Counted from the first letter of the stretch, positions 1-10,162 are shown. The stretch: 45,535 nt of DNA from an uncultured archaeon (GCA_902384455.1 CABMCB010000056.1:1-45535); one strand, 5' to 3'. Notes: generated from the sequence alone by a model not told the origin. Made by a program: numbers and translations.

Positions 1-1
1 G

Positions 2-658
2 ATGCGCGGTTCAATAATGAGCATTGAGGGGAACACAAGCGGGTATGAGAGTTATTACTCTGTGGATGTTAACGGGGATGATGCGCGTGACAGCGGAGCG
101 CAGGTGACTTTTCAGCTTGATGGCGTCGTAGCGGTAGAGTCATCCTTTTATAATCCTGGTTCGTTTCCCGCTTCGCTTAATCTTACGATGCCTAGTATGC
201 GCGGCGATGTAGTGATAAACGAGTTTTTTCCTGGCGTTAGCGGGTGGATTGAAGTTTATAATAATGGGACGTATGCAGTCAACCTTAAGGATTGGGTGCT
301 TGATGACGGTCCGGGCGGATTGTCGCCGTATACTATACCTTACTCTGCTCCGTTACCTTCACGTGGATTCGCATTTTTTTACGCGAACGAAACAAGCATA
401 GTGCTGCCTGATGCGGGAACTGTGAGGGTAGTCAACCCGAACGGAAACGAAACCGACAGAATTAACTACAACAGCACCGACCTTAATCCTTCATGGACCA
501 GTTTCCCGCCCGGCGTGTCTGCGGGCCGTTACCCTGATGGGAATTTTTCTTTTGTGGCTTTGTGGCCTACTCCGGGTGAGCGTAATAGTCTTGTTCCTCT
601 TGTTAGGTTGGGTCTTTTTTCTGGTTGGAATTTGTTTTCGGTTCCTTTGCAGTTTTAG
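2..658 (+). CDS. Lamin-tail-domain surface/secreted protein, C-terminal part (probably 5'-truncated by the window edge)
   Basis: VVINEF..WIEVYNNG..VNLKDWVLDD..GRYPDG..PTPGERN matches the lamin tail domain pattern; ends in a GWNLFSVP motif common in archaeal surface proteins. Confidence 0.75.
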   Translation: MRGSIMSIEGNTSGYESYYSVDVNGDDARDSGAQVTFQLDGVVAVESSFYNPGSFPASLNLTMPSMRGDVVINEFFPGVSGWIEVYNNGTYAVNLKDWVLDDGPGGLSPYTIPYSAPLPSRGFAFFYANETSIVLPDAGTVRVVNPNGNETDRINYNSTDLNPSWTSFPPGVSAGRYPDGNFSFVALWPTPGERNSLVPLVRLGLFSGWNLFSVPLQF

Positions 659-706
659 TTTGGGTTGTTTAAGGGTTTTTCTTTTCTGTTTCTTTAGTTG
701 TATCTT

Positions 707-1597
707 ATGGTGGATGTTGTTACTCGGACTGAGTTTTCGGGTGTGCCTCTTGTTGCTCGGGGTAAGGTTAGGGATATTTATGATTTGGGTGATAAGCTGC
801 TTCTGGTGGCGACAGATAGGTTAAGTGCGTTCGACGTGGTTTTACCTAATGGCATTCCGTATAAGGGTGCGGTGTTAAACCGGCTTAGTGAGTATTGGTT
901 TAAGCAGACGCAGAATATTGTTCCAAATCACCTCATAACTACCGACGTCAAAAAGTATCCTGCTGTGCTTCAGCCTTATGCGAGCATATTAAAGGATCGT
1001 AGTATGCTGGTGAAAAAGGCGAAGCCTCTTCCGGTGGAGTGCGTTGCACGCGGCTACTTGGCCGGAAGCGGTTGGAAGGAGTATCAGAAGTCGCAGTCTG
1101 TGTGTGGAAATAAGCTTCCCGTTGGCCTTAAGGAGTCTAGTAAGCTTCCGTCGCCTATTTTTACGCCGGCGACAAAAGCGGAGAGCGGTCATGACATCAA
1201 CATTTCTTTTGAGGAGACTGTCAAGATTTTGGGTAAGGATAGTGCGGAGAGGATACGCGATTTGACGCTTAAGATTTATTTGGCCGCTAGTGATTTTGCG
1301 GCTTCTAAGGGGATTATTATCGCAGATACTAAGTTTGAGTTTGGGGTTTTTGACGGCCGGATTATTCTTATTGACGAGGTTTTGACGCCTGATAGCAGCC
1401 GGTTTTGGCCTGCTGCTGGTTATGTTGCTGGTAGGTCTCAGAAGAGTTTTGATAAGCAGTTTGTGCGGGATTATCTTGAGACTTTGGTTTGGGATAAGAC
1501 TCCGCCGGGTCCGGTTCTTCCTGAAAACGTGGTTTTGGAGACGAGTCGGAAGTATTTGGAGGCTTATAGGGTGTTGACTGGTAAGTCGTTGGGTTAG
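707..1597 (+). CDS. purC: Phosphoribosylaminoimidazole-succinocarboxamide (SAICAR) synthase
   Basis: [46 protein letters not shown] and FDKQFVRD motifs; ATG at 707 preferred over TTG at 698. Confidence 0.97.
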   Translation: MVDVVTRTEFSGVPLVARGKVRDIYDLGDKLLLVATDRLSAFDVVLPNGIPYKGAVLNRLSEYWFKQTQNIVPNHLITTDVKKYPAVLQPYASILKDRSMLVKKAKPLPVECVARGYLAGSGWKEYQKSQSVCGNKLPVGLKESSKLPSPIFTPATKAESGHDINISFEETVKILGKDSAERIRDLTLKIYLAASDFAASKGIIIADTKFEFGVFDGRIILIDEVLTPDSSRFWPAAGYVAGRSQKSFDKQFVRDYLETLVWDKTPPGPVLPENVVLETSRKYLEAYRVLTGKSLG

Positions 1598-1686
1598 CAG
1601 TCTGTGGTTTAAATCCATTTTTAAGACAATACTCTACTATACTTAACCCTACTGTTTGTTCTGTAGGCCGGGGGTGGGGGTTTGAT

Positions 1687-3192
1687 TTGAAAGCGGTTGT
1701 GTTAGCCGGAGGGTACGGCACCAGGCTCAGGCCTCTCACTTTTAGTGTTCCTAAGCCGATGATTCCCCTTGTGGATCGGCCTATGTTGGAGCATATCATT
1801 AATTATTTGGGTGCTTTTGGTGTTGATGAGGTTATTATCACCACCAATTACCGTAGGGATGCGATTATCAATTATTTTGGTGATGGTGGTAGGTGGGGCG
1901 TTAAGCTTAGTTATCCTGAGGAGTCGTTGCCTTTGGGTACTGCGGGTTCTGTTAAGAATGTTGCGGGGAGTTTGGATGACACTTTTTTGGTTATTCAGGG
2001 GGACAATATCACTAATATCGACTTCAACAGCGTTCTTTCTGTTCACCGTAGGAATGGGGCGTTGGCGACTATTGCGGCTTACCCGGTTTCTGACCCCTGG
2101 AATTATGGTGTTTTGGAGTTGGATGGGGATCGTGTCGTCAGGTTTCATGAGAAGCCGCTTGTTGACGAGTGCTTTAACAACCTGATTAACAGCGGGCTTT
2201 ATGTTGTTGAGCCTGAGGCTCTTTCGTTGGTGCCTGACAGGACTTTCTTTGATTTCAGCAAAAACCTTTTTCCGCTGCTTCAGCAGCAGGGGGCTTTGTA
2301 TGCAGCTAAGTGCGACGGTTTCTGGGTGGATACTGGTCAGCCTGATGGGTATCTTACGGCCAAGAACTGGGTGCTTTCAAATAAAACTCCTTTCATTTCG
2401 TCGACTGCGGCAGTTGACGGAGCTTACGATGGAACAATCTACATCGGCGATGATACTGTTATTGAGCCGGGCGTTACTCTTACGGGTCCGTTGTACATCG
2501 GCGACGGCGTAACAATAAAGAAGGATGCTGTGCTTGGCAGCGGAACTGTCGTAGGCAACGGCGTCTTAGTCGGAGCGGGTTCGCACCTTGAGGGGGCGGT
2601 GCTGTTCGAAAACACCCGTGTGGGCGAAGAAGCATTGTTCTCTGAGGCCATATTAAGTCAGAACTGCAGTATGAGTTCGCAAATTGTGATTAGGGACGGT
2701 GCTGTTATCGGAAACAACTGTGATTTCGGTTCTTGCGTTTCTGTTACTGAGGGGTCGCGTGTTTGGCCTTACATTCAGGTCGCTTCTAACAGTCTTATTT
2801 CCGGGACTTTGCGTCGGTTTGTTGCCGGCGAAATTCCTAGTGGTGATTCGCCTCATATTTTGAGGAGTCTTTCGGCTGATGAGGCTTTTTACTTCAACAT
2901 GGATAAGGGCCGCCATATTCTTTATACTGGTTATCGTGCTGAGTCTCTTAGGGATTTCCATTCTATTTTGGCTAAGGTTGACGGTGATAGTATTCGGTAT
3001 CATTTGCGTGGTAATGTCAACGACTTTAAGGAGTGGGCTTCTTCTGTTTTGGGCGATAGGTTGTTGGCTCATCAGTTTGATCATGCTAAGAGTGAGGCTG
3101 GTGATCGTGTGGATGAGGAGGCTCGGAATGTTCTTTCCGATGTTACTCGCAGGCGGATAAACGAGCTTTTGAAACTTTCTCGGCGGCAGTAG
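1687..3192 (+). CDS. NDP-sugar pyrophosphorylase (mannose-1-phosphate guanylyltransferase-like) with hexapeptide beta-helix and C-terminal DUF5752-like domain
   Basis: LAGGYGTRLRPLT..PKPM, LGTAGSV and EKP motifs; hexapeptide repeats; tail EAFYF..YTGYRAESL..SIRYHL..NDFKEW..VLGD; TTG start after a G-rich SD-like stretch. Confidence 0.88.
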   Translation: MKAVVLAGGYGTRLRPLTFSVPKPMIPLVDRPMLEHIINYLGAFGVDEVIITTNYRRDAIINYFGDGGRWGVKLSYPEESLPLGTAGSVKNVAGSLDDTFLVIQGDNITNIDFNSVLSVHRRNGALATIAAYPVSDPWNYGVLELDGDRVVRFHEKPLVDECFNNLINSGLYVVEPEALSLVPDRTFFDFSKNLFPLLQQQGALYAAKCDGFWVDTGQPDGYLTAKNWVLSNKTPFISSTAAVDGAYDGTIYIGDDTVIEPGVTLTGPLYIGDGVTIKKDAVLGSGTVVGNGVLVGAGSHLEGAVLFENTRVGEEALFSEAILSQNCSMSSQIVIRDGAVIGNNCDFGSCVSVTEGSRVWPYIQVASNSLISGTLRRFVAGEIPSGDSPHILRSLSADEAFYFNMDKGRHILYTGYRAESLRDFHSILAKVDGDSIRYHLRGNVNDFKEWASSVLGDRLLAHQFDHAKSEAGDRVDEEARNVLSDVTRRRINELLKLSRRQ

Positions 3193-3228
3193 TTTTTCTC
3201 GTTTGGAAACAGATAACTAAGTTGATTT

Positions 3229-4290
3229 GTGAAAGACTGTGGTTCGTGTGTTGAATCGGGCGGTTGCGACGCGGTTATTGTCCGGTACGGCGAAATTTTC
3301 CTTAAGAGCGAGCCGGTTAGGTATCGTCTTACCCGCACGTTGCTTACGAACATGCGAAGCGCCTTCAGGGCGGCTGGCGTAAAGTTTAATTTCTCGGTGA
3401 CCCGCCACAGGATAATAGTGAAAACACTTCAGGCGGAAGATGCGGCATCCGCGTTATCTAAGGTTTTTGGCGTGGTAAGCGTAAGTCCAGCGTTAACCCT
3501 TCCTGCGGATTCGTCGTCTTGGGGTCCTTTAGCTGCAGAATTCGCAAAGAGCTCAATGAAACCTAACTTCTCTTTTGCCGTTCGAGCCCACCGCCTGCAC
3601 AAAAAGGGACCTAACACGCCCCAGATTGAGCGGACGGTGGGGTCGGCCATTCAGGTGGCTACTGGTGCGAGGGTGAATCTTACCGCGCCGGACGTTGTTT
3701 TTTATTTGGAGGTTTATTCTGATGCGGCGTATCTTTTCACTGAAAAAAGGGGCGGGGTCGGTGGTCTTCCTTATGGTACTCAGGGGAAGGTTGCGTGTCT
3801 TCTTTCTGACTCGGATGACGTTTTGGCTGCGTGGGCTCTTATGCGTCGGGGTTGTGTGGTCTGTTTTGTTCATCCCGGATCTTGGGAGTCTGCGGAGCAG
3901 TTGCTTGGTCTGATTTTGCCGTGGTTTCCGTCTAAGCCTCAGGTTTATGTTTTTTCGGGTGAAATTCCTGCTGAAGCGGGCGTGGACTGGCTTTCTGGCG
4001 AGCAGTTTAAGGCGGGTTTGCTTTCTGGTTTGGCGCGCCGTCGCAAGATTTCTGCTGTTGCGGCTGGTTATGGATTGCGGCATCTTACTTACTTACCTGT
4101 GATTCGAGGCGGGATTCAGTCGCCTGTTCTTACGCCTCTTTTGGGTGCTGATGAAGAGACGTTACGGCGTTGGAGCGCTTACTTGGGGTTTTCGGGCGGG
4201 CAGTGCAAGAGCGCGCCTTTAACGCCTCAGCACGGAGTTAAAGAGCCGTTTGACGCCGCACATTTAGCCGATTTATTAACGCTCGCGTAA
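3229..4290 (+). CDS. ThiI-like THUMP-domain protein with degenerate PP-loop
   Basis: VRYGEIFLKS, VFGVVSVSP, THUMP domain (VNLTAPD) and GGLPYGTQGK are ThiI hallmarks, but SGGxDS is replaced by SDSDD. Confidence 0.8.
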   Translation: MKDCGSCVESGGCDAVIVRYGEIFLKSEPVRYRLTRTLLTNMRSAFRAAGVKFNFSVTRHRIIVKTLQAEDAASALSKVFGVVSVSPALTLPADSSSWGPLAAEFAKSSMKPNFSFAVRAHRLHKKGPNTPQIERTVGSAIQVATGARVNLTAPDVVFYLEVYSDAAYLFTEKRGGVGGLPYGTQGKVACLLSDSDDVLAAWALMRRGCVVCFVHPGSWESAEQLLGLILPWFPSKPQVYVFSGEIPAEAGVDWLSGEQFKAGLLSGLARRRKISAVAAGYGLRHLTYLPVIRGGIQSPVLTPLLGADEETLRRWSAYLGFSGGQCKSAPLTPQHGVKEPFDAAHLADLLTLA

Positions 4291-4300
4291 GTTACTAAGG

Positions 4301-5800
4301 ATGGAAGAAGTTCTGGACAGCTACGGTAGAGTAAAAATATTGTCCCGCGGCAAGGCAGATTTCCCTAAATACGTTGTTTCTCTCCCTGAGTTCACTGACG
4401 TAGAACAGAAGATTATAGCAGACAGCAGGTCGCTAATCAAAGACATCCGCCCCATAACCGAATCGTTAAAGAGCATCCGCACCAACGAACAGAAAGAGGA
4501 GTACCTGAAAGACTATATCCGCGAGCGCCTAAAGGAAAAGAGGTCAAAAATCACCAACCTAGAGGAACTCGTAACCACCATAGTAGACAACACATTCATG
4601 GGCTACGGCCGCATTTCTCCTTTGATGCATGATGACCAGCTTGAGGAGATTATGATTAACAGCATTAATCAGCCTGTGTATGTTGTTCATCGTAAGGCTG
4701 GTATGTGTGAGTCTAATATTGTTTTTGAGGATTCTGCGTCTATTGATGAGCTTATTGGCTGGTTGGCTAAGCATGCGGGGCGTGATGTTAGCGATAAGAT
4801 GCCTCTTTTGGATGCGCATATGCCTGATGGTAGCCGGGCGAATGTTGCGGTGCCGCCTGCGGCGCCTAATGGTCCGGCTATTACTATCCGGAAGTTCAAG
4901 AACATTCCTTTTAACATAATCGATTTGATTCACCTTAAGACGGTGAACCCGGAGGTTGCCGCTTTTATGTGGCTTTGTGTTGAGGGTTTTGGGATTAATC
5001 CGGTGAACATGATTATTTCAGGTGGTGCTGGTTCCGGTAAGACCACTTTGTTGAATGCGTTGGCTATGTTCATTCCTCAGACTGAGCGGGTGGTCACAGT
5101 CGAGGATACGCTTGAGTTGAATTTCCAGTTCCTCAGGAATATTGTGCCTCTTGAGGCGACTCCCAGCGTCGTTACGGCGGACAATACGCTGTCGATGCAT
5201 TCTCTTTTGAAGAACAGTCTGCGTATGCGTCCTGACCGCGTCATAGTCGGGGAGGTCCGCGGCGAAGAAGCTGAGACGCTTCTTGTGGCGATGGACATTG
5301 GATTGCTGGGGAGTATGGGCACTATCCACGCTAACAACGCCCGTGAGACTACAATACGCCTTATGGAGGAGCCGATGAACGTTCCCATACGGATGATTCC
5401 ATTGATAGACATCATAATCGTCTTAAACCGGATTTACGACCGGCGAATGGGCATGATACGGCGTGTGACGCAGGTCGCTGAAATCGGCGGCATAGAAGGG
5501 GAAGTAGTCCAGATGGGAGACGTATACTCCTGGGACATAAACACGGACGCCATACGTCGCACAGAGTTCCCCATAATACTGCTTGAGAAGATTGCGCGGG
5601 CGGTGGGTATGACCAAGAAGCGGATTCAGACCGAGCTTATAATCCGCCAGAGAATCCTCGAGTACATGGTGGCCACAAAGGTGGAGAAAAACGCCGACGT
5701 ATTGCGGTTCTTCCAGAGCTACCACAATGATCCGAGACTTGTCATAGACGAAATACGCTCCAAAAACCACCCGATTGAGCAGCCTGAACTAACGCAATAA
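4301..5800 (+). CDS. Type II/IV secretion or pilus assembly ATPase (CpaF/TadA/VirB11/FlaI family)
   Basis: Walker A GGAGSGKTT, TVEDTLEL, LRMRPDRVIVGEVRG, GTIHAN, ITIRKF. Confidence 0.93.
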   Translation: MEEVLDSYGRVKILSRGKADFPKYVVSLPEFTDVEQKIIADSRSLIKDIRPITESLKSIRTNEQKEEYLKDYIRERLKEKRSKITNLEELVTTIVDNTFMGYGRISPLMHDDQLEEIMINSINQPVYVVHRKAGMCESNIVFEDSASIDELIGWLAKHAGRDVSDKMPLLDAHMPDGSRANVAVPPAAPNGPAITIRKFKNIPFNIIDLIHLKTVNPEVAAFMWLCVEGFGINPVNMIISGGAGSGKTTLLNALAMFIPQTERVVTVEDTLELNFQFLRNIVPLEATPSVVTADNTLSMHSLLKNSLRMRPDRVIVGEVRGEEAETLLVAMDIGLLGSMGTIHANNARETTIRLMEEPMNVPIRMIPLIDIIIVLNRIYDRRMGMIRRVTQVAEIGGIEGEVVQMGDVYSWDINTDAIRRTEFPIILLEKIARAVGMTKKRIQTELIIRQRILEYMVATKVEKNADVLRFFQSYHNDPRLVIDEIRSKNHPIEQPELTQ

Positions 5801-5820
5801 AAGCGGGGGGCAAAATCAAA

Positions 5821-7764
5821 TTGAAACTCACCCTCCACTCCAAATTCTCTCCCGCCGGAGACCAGCCTAAAGCAATAGACTCCCTCTCTAAAGGCGTTGC
5901 AAAAGGACTGCGCCACCAAACGCTGCTTGGCGTCACAGGCAGCGGAAAAACATACACCATGGCTAAGGTCATGGAAGAAACCCAAAAGCCAGCGTTAGTC
6001 ATAAGCCACAACAAAACGCTCGCCGCCCAGCTTTACGGGGAATTCAAGGAGTTTTTCCCTGAAAACGCAGTCGAATACTTCGTCAGCTACTACGACTACT
6101 ACCAGCCGGAAGCCTACATACCCCAAAGCGACACATACATATCCAAAGACGCCGACATAAACGAGGAAATAGACCGCCTAAGGCACAGCGCAACCCGAAG
6201 CCTGCTCGACAGACGCGACACAATCGTCGTAGCATCAGTAAGCTGCATATACTCCCTTGGAGACCCCAAAGAATACAAGGCAGAAAGCATCCCCCTGGAA
6301 GTCAGCCAGTTAGTATCTCGCAGGCAGCTTATGGAACAGCTGGTCTTAATCCACTACACCCGAAACGACGCCGCATTCGAAAAAGGAACATTCCGCGTCA
6401 GAGGAAACCGCCTGGACATAAGGCCGCCGTACGGCGAAACTTATTTGCGGGTCGTGGTTGAGGATAGGGTGGAGGGTTTGGAGGTTGTTCATCATGTCAC
6501 AGGCAAGACGCTTAATGCTTTAAGCAATGCTCGGATTTATCCTGCAGTGCATTACGTCATGAGCGAGGAGCAGAAGAAGCGGGCGGTAAAGACAATTGAA
6601 TCCGAGCTTGAAAGTAGGGTTTCGGACTTTCAGCGTCAAGGCAAGCTGGTTGAGGCTCAGCGTATTGAGCAGAGGACTAGATACGACTTGGAGATGATTA
6701 ATGAGATGGGTTACTGCAGCGGCATAGAGAACTACAGCAGGCATTTTGACGGGCGCAGTCCCGGTGAGCCGCCGTTTACTCTCATGGACTACTTCCCCAA
6801 TGACTACCTTCTTTTTGTGGACGAAAGCCACATGACGCTGCCTCAAATCAAGGGGATGTACCGCGGAGACCGCGCCCGAAAAGACATACTGATCGAATAC
6901 GGCTTCCGCCTACCTTCGGCGGTAGACAACCGCCCACTAACCTACGAGGAATTCTCATCCAAATTCAACCAAGTCATATACGTTTCCGCGACCCCCTCAA
7001 AAGAAGAGATTTCACTGTCCCAAAACGTCGTCGAACAAATCATAAGGCCGACAGGCCTCGTGGATCCGGAAGTTGAGGTTAGGCCGACTAAGAATCAGAT
7101 TGATGATTTGATTGGGGAAATTAAGGCGCGTGCTGTTAGGAAGGAGAGGGTTTTGGTTACGACGCTTACTAAGAGGATGGCTGAGGATTTGGCTGATTAT
7201 TTGGCTGACGCTGGGGTTAAGGCTAATTATTTGCATAGCGACGTTGAGACTTTGGATAGGGTGGATGTTTTGCGTAATCTGCGGTTGGGGGAGTTCGATT
7301 GCGTCGTGGGGGTTAATCTTTTGAGGGAGGGGCTTGATTTGCCTGAAGTGACTTTGGTCGCTATTCTTGACGCTGACAAGGAGGGGTTCCTAAGGAGTGA
7401 AGTCAGTCTGATTCAGACTATTGGGCGCGTAAGCCGTAATGTCCGCGGCAAAGTCATTTTGTACGCAGACAGGAAGTCTAAGGCGATGGATTTCGCTTTG
7501 AGGGAGACTGCCAGGAGGAGGGCGTTACAGACGGCGTACAACAGAAAGCACGGCATTACGCCGGTGTCTGTTGAGAAGGCGGTGCGCGACAGGATTGCTG
7601 TGGATTACGGCGAAGACCGCCGTAGAGTAGTGGTTGAAGCAGAGGGCATCGACTTGGCTGAGGATGACGTCCGCCGTTTGATGACGGAGGCGGCCGGTAA
7701 GCTTGATTTTGAGGGGGCTGCGTATTACCGTGATTTGTTGAAGAAAAGGGGGGGTTCTCTTTAG
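5821..7764 (+). CDS. uvrB: Excinuclease ABC subunit B
   Basis: GDQP, LGVTGSGKT, HNKTLAAQLY, YYDYYQPEAY, DESH, LLREGLDLPEV, C-terminal UVR motif; TTG start. Confidence 0.98.
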   Translation: MKLTLHSKFSPAGDQPKAIDSLSKGVAKGLRHQTLLGVTGSGKTYTMAKVMEETQKPALVISHNKTLAAQLYGEFKEFFPENAVEYFVSYYDYYQPEAYIPQSDTYISKDADINEEIDRLRHSATRSLLDRRDTIVVASVSCIYSLGDPKEYKAESIPLEVSQLVSRRQLMEQLVLIHYTRNDAAFEKGTFRVRGNRLDIRPPYGETYLRVVVEDRVEGLEVVHHVTGKTLNALSNARIYPAVHYVMSEEQKKRAVKTIESELESRVSDFQRQGKLVEAQRIEQRTRYDLEMINEMGYCSGIENYSRHFDGRSPGEPPFTLMDYFPNDYLLFVDESHMTLPQIKGMYRGDRARKDILIEYGFRLPSAVDNRPLTYEEFSSKFNQVIYVSATPSKEEISLSQNVVEQIIRPTGLVDPEVEVRPTKNQIDDLIGEIKARAVRKERVLVTTLTKRMAEDLADYLADAGVKANYLHSDVETLDRVDVLRNLRLGEFDCVVGVNLLREGLDLPEVTLVAILDADKEGFLRSEVSLIQTIGRVSRNVRGKVILYADRKSKAMDFALRETARRRALQTAYNRKHGITPVSVEKAVRDRIAVDYGEDRRRVVVEAEGIDLAEDDVRRLMTEAAGKLDFEGAAYYRDLLKKRGGSL

Positions 7765-7765
7765 G

Positions 7766-8308
7766 ATGTCTGTTTTGCCGGGTTTGGTTAGGGCTTTTGG
7801 GTTGGTTGCTTTAGTTTGTTGTTTCCTTTTTTTTGTTGATTTGAGGTTGTTTTTGGTTCAATCTTTGGGGTTTAGTCCTGTTTCACCGTATTTTGGGTTT
7901 GAGCTTTTTCTGGCGGTCACGTTAGTGTTTTTCTTCCCGGTGGCTTATCTTAGGGCGGCTCTTGACTGGCGTTTTAGGGGGGTAAATTTTGTGGAAAGGT
8001 TGAAGCGTTTTTTGGTTGTTTTTTTGGTTTTGGCTGTTTTGATGGCCTCCTTTAGGCATCAGCAGGATAGCAAGGCGTTGTTAGTCCTTGCGGGAAATGG
8101 CGGCGTTTTGGTTGACGGAGATGTTTATGTTAACGGGTCTCTTTTGGGGAGCGCTCATAAGGGGGTTGTTGCGGTGGATGCTTCGCAGTTGAAGTCACCG
8201 TCTAATCTGACGGTCATGTGGCGGATTGAGGGTGAACCTTATTTCTCAACGTTTGAAATGGCCGGCGGCGAAGGTAACGTGGGCATATTGACTTTACGTT
8301 TGAATTGA
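7766..8308 (+). CDS. Hypothetical membrane protein (about 3 TM segments plus a small soluble beta-rich domain)
   Basis: ATG 1 bp after the uvrB stop; hydrophobic segments; followed by an oligo-T tract. Confidence 0.6.
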   Translation: MSVLPGLVRAFGLVALVCCFLFFVDLRLFLVQSLGFSPVSPYFGFELFLAVTLVFFFPVAYLRAALDWRFRGVNFVERLKRFLVVFLVLAVLMASFRHQQDSKALLVLAGNGGVLVDGDVYVNGSLLGSAHKGVVAVDASQLKSPSNLTVMWRIEGEPYFSTFEMAGGEGNVGILTLRLN

Positions 8309-8310
8309 CG

Positions 8311-8322
8311 TTTTTTTTTCTT
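8311..8322 (+). terminator. Oligo-T archaeal-type terminator candidate
   Basis: T9 run immediately after the TGA at 8306-8308 and before the next promoter-like element. Confidence 0.4.
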
Positions 8323-8342
8323 CCTTAATGGAGCGGCAAGAA

Positions 8343-8350
8343 TTTTATTT
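8343..8350 (+). promoter_or_regulatory. TATA-like box of a probably leaderless nitroreductase transcript
   Basis: TTTTATTT at about -31 to -24 from ATG 8374, preceded by purine-rich GCAAGAA (BRE-like). Confidence 0.45.
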
Positions 8351-8373
8351 GGCGAGACCTCCTATTACCACTC

Positions 8374-8874
8374 ATGGATGCGACCGCGTTGTTTAAGTCT
8401 CGCAGTAGCGTTAGGAAGTACAAGCCGCAGGTTATTGCCGACAAAATAATCGACGACATACTCGACTGCGCCCGGTTAGCGCCCACTGCAAGGAACGTTC
8501 AGCCGTGGCTTATCGGCGCAGTAACAGACAAAAGTCTGCTGAAAAAGTTGGGCAGTATGGTGGAAACAGGCCCTTTCATAGCAAACGCGGCAGTATGCTT
8601 CGCTGTATTCACACAGAAAAACGAGAAGTACTACTTGGAAGATGGTTGCGCGGCCACTTTGAGTATTATACTGGCGTGTCAGGCGCATGGACTTGGTTCG
8701 TGCTGGGTGGCAGGCGACAAAAAATCGTATATTGAGGATGCGCGCAAACTCCTAAACGTCCCGGAAGGTTATACTTTGGTGGCGCTTGTTCCCGCAGGTT
8801 ACCCTGCTGAGGCGGCAGCCCCGCACCCTAAAAAGCCGAAGGAAGAAGTTACTTTCAAAGACAGGAAGATTTAA
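8374..8874 (+). CDS. Nitroreductase family protein
   Basis: RSSVRKY, APTARNVQPW, EDGCAA..ILACQAHGLGSCW, GYPAE. Confidence 0.93.
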   Translation: MDATALFKSRSSVRKYKPQVIADKIIDDILDCARLAPTARNVQPWLIGAVTDKSLLKKLGSMVETGPFIANAAVCFAVFTQKNEKYYLEDGCAATLSIILACQAHGLGSCWVAGDKKSYIEDARKLLNVPEGYTLVALVPAGYPAEAAAPHPKKPKEEVTFKDRKI

Positions 8875-8884
8875 GGCAGACTAC

Positions 8885-10102
8885 TTAATTCTCGGTCTTC
8901 TGCTCTATTCCGACTATGACGGGTTCAGTGTCAAAGTATTTTTGGACCACCCTCTGGACGTCCTTGAGCGTTACCGCCTTAATCTTCTCTGTGTAGTTCA
9001 ACGCCTCGCTAGCGTTGCCTGAATTATGGAAGAAAGACAATGTCTCAGCCAGCCGCAGAGGATTCTCATGAGACAGTATCCACTCGCCAAGTATGTACCG
9101 TTTGGATTCATTAAGCTCCTTGGAAGTAAGCTTCTTCAGGCGCCTAAACTGCTCGTCAATAAGGTCCCTCACTTTGTCCCAGTTTTGTTTTTCGGTGTTC
9201 ACGTAGACGCTGAAGCTGCCTGTCCGGGGGTCTGTGTTGTGTTCTACGCCGCAGCTGTAGGCGAGGCCTCGTTTGCCTCTTACTTCGTCGAATATCCAGC
9301 CGGATTGTTTTCTGCCTAGTACTGCTTCTACTGCGTCTAGTGCGTATGAGTCTTTGTGTGAGCGTGGTACTGTTCTGAAGCTGTATGTGAAGTATGATTG
9401 TTGTATGTTTTTTTCTGTTTTGTAGCGTCTGTTTTTTGGGAGGGGTTTTAGTGGTTCAATTGTTTTTGGTTTGTTTTGGGTTGTCGGGGTGTTTTTGAAG
9501 TATTTTCTGACTTTTTCTGTGGCGTCTTCTACGTCTCCAACTAGGACGACTGTCATGTTGTTTGCCGTGTAGTGTTTTTTGTGGAAGTTGGCGATGTCGT
9601 TTCTTGTTATTGATTTGATGCTTTTTTGTGTTCCGTATAGGATGTTTCCTGCGGGGTGGTCTGGGAAGAGGTGTTTTTGCGTTAGGACCCAGATGTAGTA
9701 TTTTGGGTCGTCGGTTACCATGCCGGCTTCGTTGAATATGACTTTTCTCTCTTTCTCAACGTATTCCTTCTTGAACGTGCTGTTGATTAGCATGTCGGAG
9801 AGGACTTCTAAGGCGACGTTTACGTCTTTCTTCAGCACCTTAGCATAGTAGAATGTCTGTTCGTTGTCTGTGGCGGCATTTACGTCTCCGCCCAGGCTCT
9901 CTATGGCCCATGTAACGTCGTAAGTTGATTTGCGCTTTTTCGTGCCCTCAAAAATCATGTGCTCTAGGAAGTGGGCTATTCCTGCGTTGCGGTCTGTTTC
10001 CTGGTACGAGCCTACTGCGACTGAGACAAGTACTACGGCTGCTTCACCTTTGTTTTTCTCGGTGATTACTGTCAGCCCATTAGGTAGTACTGTTCTTTTC
10101 AT
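8885..10102 (-). CDS. M16 family zinc peptidase (pitrilysin/MPP-like)
   Basis: LPNGL, GIAHFLEHMIFEGT (HxxEH), NAAT, VRGKRGLAYS. Confidence 0.95.
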   Translation of the reverse strand: MKRTVLPNGLTVITEKNKGEAAVVLVSVAVGSYQETDRNAGIAHFLEHMIFEGTKKRKSTYDVTWAIESLGGDVNAATDNEQTFYYAKVLKKDVNVALEVLSDMLINSTFKKEYVEKERKVIFNEAGMVTDDPKYYIWVLTQKHLFPDHPAGNILYGTQKSIKSITRNDIANFHKKHYTANNMTVVLVGDVEDATEKVRKYFKNTPTTQNKPKTIEPLKPLPKNRRYKTEKNIQQSYFTYSFRTVPRSHKDSYALDAVEAVLGRKQSGWIFDEVRGKRGLAYSCGVEHNTDPRTGSFSVYVNTEKQNWDKVRDLIDEQFRRLKKLTSKELNESKRYILGEWILSHENPLRLAETLSFFHNSGNASEALNYTEKIKAVTLKDVQRVVQKYFDTEPVIVGIEQKTEN

Positions 10103-10162
10103 TGTTTGTAGGCGTCCTGACTAATAGGTGGTTGCGTGTTAAAAAGTCAGTGCTTGTTTTGA

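Noticed and set aside
4430-7350. Skew tracts as chimeric assembly or mosaic horizontal transfer
   Set aside because: Switches occur within uninterrupted conserved reading frames (ATPase, uvrB) and recur throughout the window; a read-mapping check is still advisable.
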